NCBI GenBank assembly: GCA_963790475.1
Contig: CAWBOS010000012.1
Span: forward strand, 1,024,001-1,088,000
Reading direction: 5' to 3'
Length of the DNA: 64,000 nt
Source: an uncultured delta proteobacterium
Lineage (GTDB): Bacteria; Desulfobacterota; RBG-13-43-22
A program made the position numbers and the translations under genes. Of this stretch, positions 59,036-64,000 are shown in pieces (position 1 is the stretch's first letter; each line of letters begins with the position of its first letter). The notes under the pieces are model-generated. The model did no database searches. It was not told the origin of the DNA and saw nothing but the letters and a program-made list of their open reading frames with translations.

Positions 59036-60814
59036 TCATTCCTTCTTCAATTTCGGCCGTTCCAGCCCTTTAACGATCTGGGAACGGATCATCCGCGGCA
59101 GAATCATGTGATGATGGGGGCAGATGGATTTGGGATTCTGATAGGCGCTGCCGGTGAAGGCCACCAGGTAACGCCGAAGTTCCTCATAGCGGACCACTTC
59201 ATCGACGAAGCCTCTTTTGGCGCAGTAGACAGGCCGGGATTGTTCGTAATATTGTCGGGCCAGGGCATTCATTTTGTCAATCACCGGCTGCAACGGTTTG
59301 CCGCTGTCCTTTTCTTTGACCAGCCTTCGGGAAAAAGAGGCCACGGAAGCCGTCTCTCCATGCATGACATAGATCTCGGTCGTCGGGGTGCCCAAGGTAA
59401 AGGCATTATGGTTGTTGGCCGTCGGGCCGCCCATGATGTAATGGGCGGCGGCCGTGCCTTTTCTCAAAACCACCAGCATCATGGGCACGTCGGTCTGCTC
59501 GATGGAATAGATCAGGGATTGGCCCAGACCCAGCAGTTCGGCCTTCTCGGCCGTATCCCCCACATCGATCCCCGAAGTGTCCTGGAACCAGACGACCGGC
59601 ACCCGGTCCCGTCCGCATTGGGTGACGAATTCGTTCATCTTGATCAGACCCTGCCGATACAGTTTGCCGCCGATACCGATATATTCATTGGTATATTCCG
59701 GGTAATTCGCCCCGAGAAAACCCTGTCGGTTTCCAATGATTCCCACTAAAAACCCGTCTACCTTGACCAGACCGGTATAGACCTCCGGTCCAAAGCCGGG
59801 ACGAAACTCCAAGTGTTCGCTCCCGTCCACCAGACGGGCCAGGAAATTATCAAAGTCATAAACCGCTTTTTGGTTAAAGGCAATGATGGAGGGCAGATCC
59901 GAAAGGGGATATTTGGGCTCGGCCGGCTTGGCCACCCGGAAAAACCGGGGATGATAGGCCGGTATTTCGGACATATATTCCTTTAAGGCATCCAGGACCT
60001 GGGTTTCTTCATCAAACACGGCCCGGAAAAATCCGGTGGAATCGTAATGGATTTTGACACTGCCGGGAGGGACCTGTTTGAAGTGCCGGGTGGCCTCGAT
60101 AATCTGCTCGGCCCCCTCTTCATCAAAAGTCCCTTTGGGACTCATGCCGCTGACGATACCGCCTCCGCCGACAGCGATATTGCAATTTTTGTGGGCCAGC
60201 AGGATAGTGGGGCTGATCCCCTGATACCCGCCGCCGGCCGGGTTGGTCCCATATATCCCGGCCAGGACCGGGATGCCCAGTTTTTCCAGTTCGGCATGAC
60301 GGAAGAAGGTAGTGCCGTTTCCCCGGCGATCGGCATAAACCTCCTGTTGTTCGGTGAGTTTGACCCCGGAACAATTGACCAGCCAGACCAGGGGGATATG
60401 AAGGCGTTTGGACAGATCCGTTACCCGCAACTGGTTTTCCGCCTGCCCGGCTATCCAGGCCCCGGCCATGACCTTGTTATCAAAACCGATCAGGACGCAC
60501 CAGCGGCCGCTGATGCAGGCCAGACCGTCAATAACCCCGGTGGTCCCTTCTTCGTTATCTTTCGGATTATACAGGGTGTGAAGGGGGCAGAAGGTTCCCG
60601 GATCGACCAGATATTCAATCCGGTCCCAAACGGTCATCTCTTTTCGCTCGTGGATTTTTTCAGCCGGCAGTCCGGCCTTCTTGACCCGTTCGATCTCCGC
60701 TTCCACTTCTTTCACTACCGCCTCAATCTGTGCCCGGTTTTCAGTCATTTTCTCGATCTGAGCCGGTTTGACGGGTTTGCCTAAATCGTCCATCTTTTCA
60801 AAATACGGTCGCAT
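59036..60814 (-). CDS. gcdA: Glutaconyl-CoA decarboxylase alpha subunit (carboxyltransferase)
   Basis: DNKVMAGAW, NCSGVKL, GTNPAGGGY, GGKLYRQGLIKMNEF, RKGTAAAHYIM, HGETA. Confidence 0.85.
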   Translation of the reverse strand: MRPYFEKMDDLGKPVKPAQIEKMTENRAQIEAVVKEVEAEIERVKKAGLPAEKIHERKEMTVWDRIEYLVDPGTFCPLHTLYNPKDNEEGTTGVIDGLACISGRWCVLIGFDNKVMAGAWIAGQAENQLRVTDLSKRLHIPLVWLVNCSGVKLTEQQEVYADRRGNGTTFFRHAELEKLGIPVLAGIYGTNPAGGGYQGISPTILLAHKNCNIAVGGGGIVSGMSPKGTFDEEGAEQIIEATRHFKQVPPGSVKIHYDSTGFFRAVFDEETQVLDALKEYMSEIPAYHPRFFRVAKPAEPKYPLSDLPSIIAFNQKAVYDFDNFLARLVDGSEHLEFRPGFGPEVYTGLVKVDGFLVGIIGNRQGFLGANYPEYTNEYIGIGGKLYRQGLIKMNEFVTQCGRDRVPVVWFQDTSGIDVGDTAEKAELLGLGQSLIYSIEQTDVPMMLVVLRKGTAAAHYIMGGPTANNHNAFTLGTPTTEIYVMHGETASVASFSRRLVKEKDSGKPLQPVIDKMNALARQYYEQSRPVYCAKRGFVDEVVRYEELRRYLVAFTGSAYQNPKSICPHHHMILPRMIRSQIVKGLERPKLKKE

Positions 60815-60953
60815 ATTTTTTCCTCCTTTATTATTCGGTCAAAGAAGTTCAGGGTTTCCGGTTTCGTAGCTATTGGGCTATTTCAAATTGAACACCATTT
60901 CTTAGACAGGATTTTCAGATATCTTTTTTGTAAGTCTTATGCCTTGCCGAGTT

Positions 60954-62108
60954 TTATTCCATGATGATATTTTTTGAAACGATCATACGCTGGATCTGGT
61001 TGCTTCCGTCAAAGATCTGGATCGCCTTGGCATCACGCATCATCCGCTCCACTGGCGATCCCTTTAAATACCCGGCTCCTCCGAAAATCTGGACGGCATC
61101 AATGGTCACCCGCATGGCCATGTCTGAGGCATAGCATTTACACATGGAAACCAATGTTTCAATGTCGCGGAAGGTGCCCTCCCGGTTATCAATCATCGAA
61201 GCCGTTCTGAAAATCAAAGATTTAGCGGCTTCAATGGCCATCTTCATGTCGGCCAGCATAAAACCTATGGCCTGAAAGGAGGCGATCAGCCGTTTGAACT
61301 GGGACCGTTTTTTTGCAAAAGACAGGGCCGCTTCATAAGCCCCTTCGGCAATACCCAGAGACATGGAAGCCGCGCCCCAGACCCGCATGATATTGGCATG
61401 ATGGGATAAGATCGTCCACCCTTCGCCCGGCTGAAGGAGCAGATTTTCCTTGGGGACCCGGGCATTCTGAAAAATCATCTCCGAAGTCACCGATCCCCCC
61501 AATCCCATTTTCCTTTCTTTTTTCCCGAAGGACAACCCGGGGGTTTCCCTGGGGACGATCAGGGCACTGATGCCCGCCGTTCGTTTTCCAGGTCCGGTTC
61601 GGACAAAGACCAGGTAATAATGGGCATGAGGTCCTAAAGTAATAAATGTTTTTGTTCCATTGACCAGGTAGTCGTTCCCCTCCAGGACCGCCCTGGTTTG
61701 TAGAGAGCCGGCATCGGAACCATGATTCGGTTCTGTCAGACAAAATCCGCACAGTTTGTCACCCTGGACCATATCGGGAAAAAAAAGTTCCTGTTGATCC
61801 CTGGTTCCTACCTCTCGGATGATCCTAATGACCGCCTGGGTAGGAAAAACCAATAAGGCTGAAGCCGGAGAGGCCTTCGAGATTTCTTCAATGGCCAGGC
61901 ACAGTGTTGTGGCATCCGCTTCCTGCCCATTATACCTGATCGGCAGGGAAAGTCTTAATAAACCGGCCTTGATAAAGGCTTCATAACTGGTCTGGGGAAA
62001 TTCATCCCGGGCATCAATCTCCACCGCATGGGGCACAATCTCAGAGGCCACCAGGGCCTGCACCTTTTTCTGAATCTCCTTTTGAGCGGGATTGAGATGG
62101 AGGAACAT
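60954..62108 (-). CDS. Acyl-CoA dehydrogenase family protein
   Basis: FCLTEPNHGSD, NGTKTFIT, QIFGGAGY, RDAKAIQIFDG; start at 62108 is tentative. Confidence 0.9.
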   Translation of the reverse strand: MFLHLNPAQKEIQKKVQALVASEIVPHAVEIDARDEFPQTSYEAFIKAGLLRLSLPIRYNGQEADATTLCLAIEEISKASPASALLVFPTQAVIRIIREVGTRDQQELFFPDMVQGDKLCGFCLTEPNHGSDAGSLQTRAVLEGNDYLVNGTKTFITLGPHAHYYLVFVRTGPGKRTAGISALIVPRETPGLSFGKKERKMGLGGSVTSEMIFQNARVPKENLLLQPGEGWTILSHHANIMRVWGAASMSLGIAEGAYEAALSFAKKRSQFKRLIASFQAIGFMLADMKMAIEAAKSLIFRTASMIDNREGTFRDIETLVSMCKCYASDMAMRVTIDAVQIFGGAGYLKGSPVERMMRDAKAIQIFDGSNQIQRMIVSKNIIME

Positions 62109-62314
62109 CAGTTTGCGGCCTGCCTTTCTTTTCGCTTTAGAAATTCCGGATGATAGCGGTCTGAACAAAACAAATGGGACGGGACAACTATCATAAATAT
62201 TCGGCCTGTTTGTCAATATCTTTTTGCCCGCTTCTTTTTATTTGACTTGGCTGCGATTCATTTTCTATGATGGAGGGAAATGGAAATAAGGAGTATTGGA
62301 GTAATGGTGGGGGG

Positions 62315-63697
62315 ATGAATAAAGTAATTTATAAAGCCCTGAAAAAAATAGTCGGTCCGGAGCATATCACTGATCGTGACACCGACCGGCAAAGTTATGC
62401 CTATGATGCCACTCAGATTCAGGCCTGGCCCGATGGGGTGGTCTTTCCCGGAACAACGGAAGAAATCGCGGCCATAATGAGATTGGCCAACACCCATCAA
62501 TTTCCGGTTGTCCCCCGCGGGGCAGGATCGGGGATGAGCGGAGGGTCGGTTCCCATTCAGGGAGGGGTGGTTGTCGTGCTCCTGCGGATGAACCGGATCA
62601 GGAAGATCGACGTCAATAATTTCCTGGCCGTCGTTGAACCGGGTGTGATCACCCGCGATTTTCAGCAGGCTGTCGAAGCCGAGGGACTTTTCTATCCGCC
62701 TGATCCGTCCTCTTCTCATTTTTCAACCCTGGGTGGAAACCTGGCCGAATGCGCCGGGGGAGGAAGGGCGGTAAAGTACGGGGTGACCAGGGATTACGTG
62801 TTAGGTCTGGAGGTCGTTCTTCCAAACGGAGAGATATTAAAAACGGGGGTCCGGACGGCCAAAGGGGTGGTGGGTTATGATCTGACCCGTTTGATGGTCG
62901 GTTCCGAAGGAACCCTGGGAATCATCACCGAAATGGTTCTGAAATTGATCCCTTTGCCTGAGGCCCGGCAAACCATCCTGGCTTTTTTCGATCAGATGGT
63001 CCTGGCCGCCCGGTCCGTGGGGGAAATCTTCCGGGCCGGGATCCTCCCCTCCACTCTTGAATTTATGGATCATTCCTCGATTTCTTGTGTGGAGGACTAT
63101 CTCCACCTGGGTTTGCCCACCCAGGCTCAGGCCCTCTTGTTGATCGAAGTGGACGGCGACCGGGAGGCGGTGGCTCGGCAGGGAGGAACCATTCAACAAC
63201 TTTGCCGGCAGACAGGGGCTAATGGGGTAAAGCGGGCCGCCACCCCCCAAGAAGCGGATGAACTGTGGAAGGCCCGCAGGGCGATTTCACCGGCCCTTTT
63301 TCGTTTGCGGCCCCACAAGATCAATGAAGATATCGTTGTCCCCCGTGATAAGATCCCGGAGGTCATCGATCGTTTTGAAGGCATCGGCCGGCGTTTTGAA
63401 TTGTTGATCGTCAGTTTCGGCCACGCGGGAGATGGAAACATTCATGTCAATGTCATGTTTGACGGGAAAAAGCCGGAGGAAAAGAAAAGGGCCCAGGAGG
63501 CGGTGGCCGAGATATTTCAAACCGTCCTGGATTTAGGCGGTACCCTTTCGGGGGAACACGGCGTCGGATTGACCAAGGCCCCTTTCCTGTCCCTGGAGTT
63601 AGACCCGGTTTCCCTAACCCTGATGAAAAAGATCAAAGACCTCTTCGATCCCAACCATATCCTGAATCCGGGCAAAATATTTCCGATACATCCGTGA
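62315..63697 (+). CDS. glcD: FAD-linked oxidase, glycolate oxidase GlcD/D-lactate dehydrogenase type
   Basis: PRGAGSG, YPPDPSS, GSEGTLG, GHAGDGNIH, GEHGVG, LNPGK. Confidence 0.88.
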   Translation: MNKVIYKALKKIVGPEHITDRDTDRQSYAYDATQIQAWPDGVVFPGTTEEIAAIMRLANTHQFPVVPRGAGSGMSGGSVPIQGGVVVVLLRMNRIRKIDVNNFLAVVEPGVITRDFQQAVEAEGLFYPPDPSSSHFSTLGGNLAECAGGGRAVKYGVTRDYVLGLEVVLPNGEILKTGVRTAKGVVGYDLTRLMVGSEGTLGIITEMVLKLIPLPEARQTILAFFDQMVLAARSVGEIFRAGILPSTLEFMDHSSISCVEDYLHLGLPTQAQALLLIEVDGDREAVARQGGTIQQLCRQTGANGVKRAATPQEADELWKARRAISPALFRLRPHKINEDIVVPRDKIPEVIDRFEGIGRRFELLIVSFGHAGDGNIHVNVMFDGKKPEEKKRAQEAVAEIFQTVLDLGGTLSGEHGVGLTKAPFLSLELDPVSLTLMKKIKDLFDPNHILNPGKIFPIHP

Positions 63698-63821
63698 GCC
63701 CAAACGCTCTTCACGATTTTCAGGGCAGTCCGAATGGAAGAACAGGACAGTGACTATATATTTTAGTAACTTAGGAATAAAATTCTACGCAAAATGGGCA
63801 GAAAATTTTTTAAAATACTTA

Positions 63822-64000
<179 letters not shown>

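Overview
A 64 kb, gene-dense window from a bacterium that looks like an anaerobic Desulfobacterota (deltaproteobacterial) organism. That placement is inferred from gene content (PEP-CTERM protein with a sigma-54 promoter, polyferredoxins, glutaconyl-CoA decarboxylase alpha) and from the intergenic repeat families. In order, the window holds: miscellaneous metabolic genes; a DRTGG/Ser-kinase/[FeFe]-hydrogenase-like regulatory trio; an acyl-CoA synthetase/aminotransferase/lutABC block with a GH38 lipoprotein inserted at the lutC 3' end; a roughly 15 kb acyl-CoA catabolic island with a tandem-TetR regulator; a frameshifted heterodimeric ABC exporter; a defence/mobility hotspot (NotI-family restriction-modification pair, an IS4-family element with an accessory wHTH gene, two toxin-antitoxin loci); and gcdA, an acyl-CoA dehydrogenase and glcD. 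The most striking feature is a five-gene cluster at 53169-58763. Its core resembles the mycobacterial methylmannose-polysaccharide genes manT-meT1-mmpH, and it is extended by an acyltransferase and a cobalamin-dependent radical SAM enzyme. I saw no rRNA, tRNA or CRISPR array. Several frameshifts lie in homopolymer runs and may be assembly errors. All family calls come from motif recognition by eye; no searches were run.
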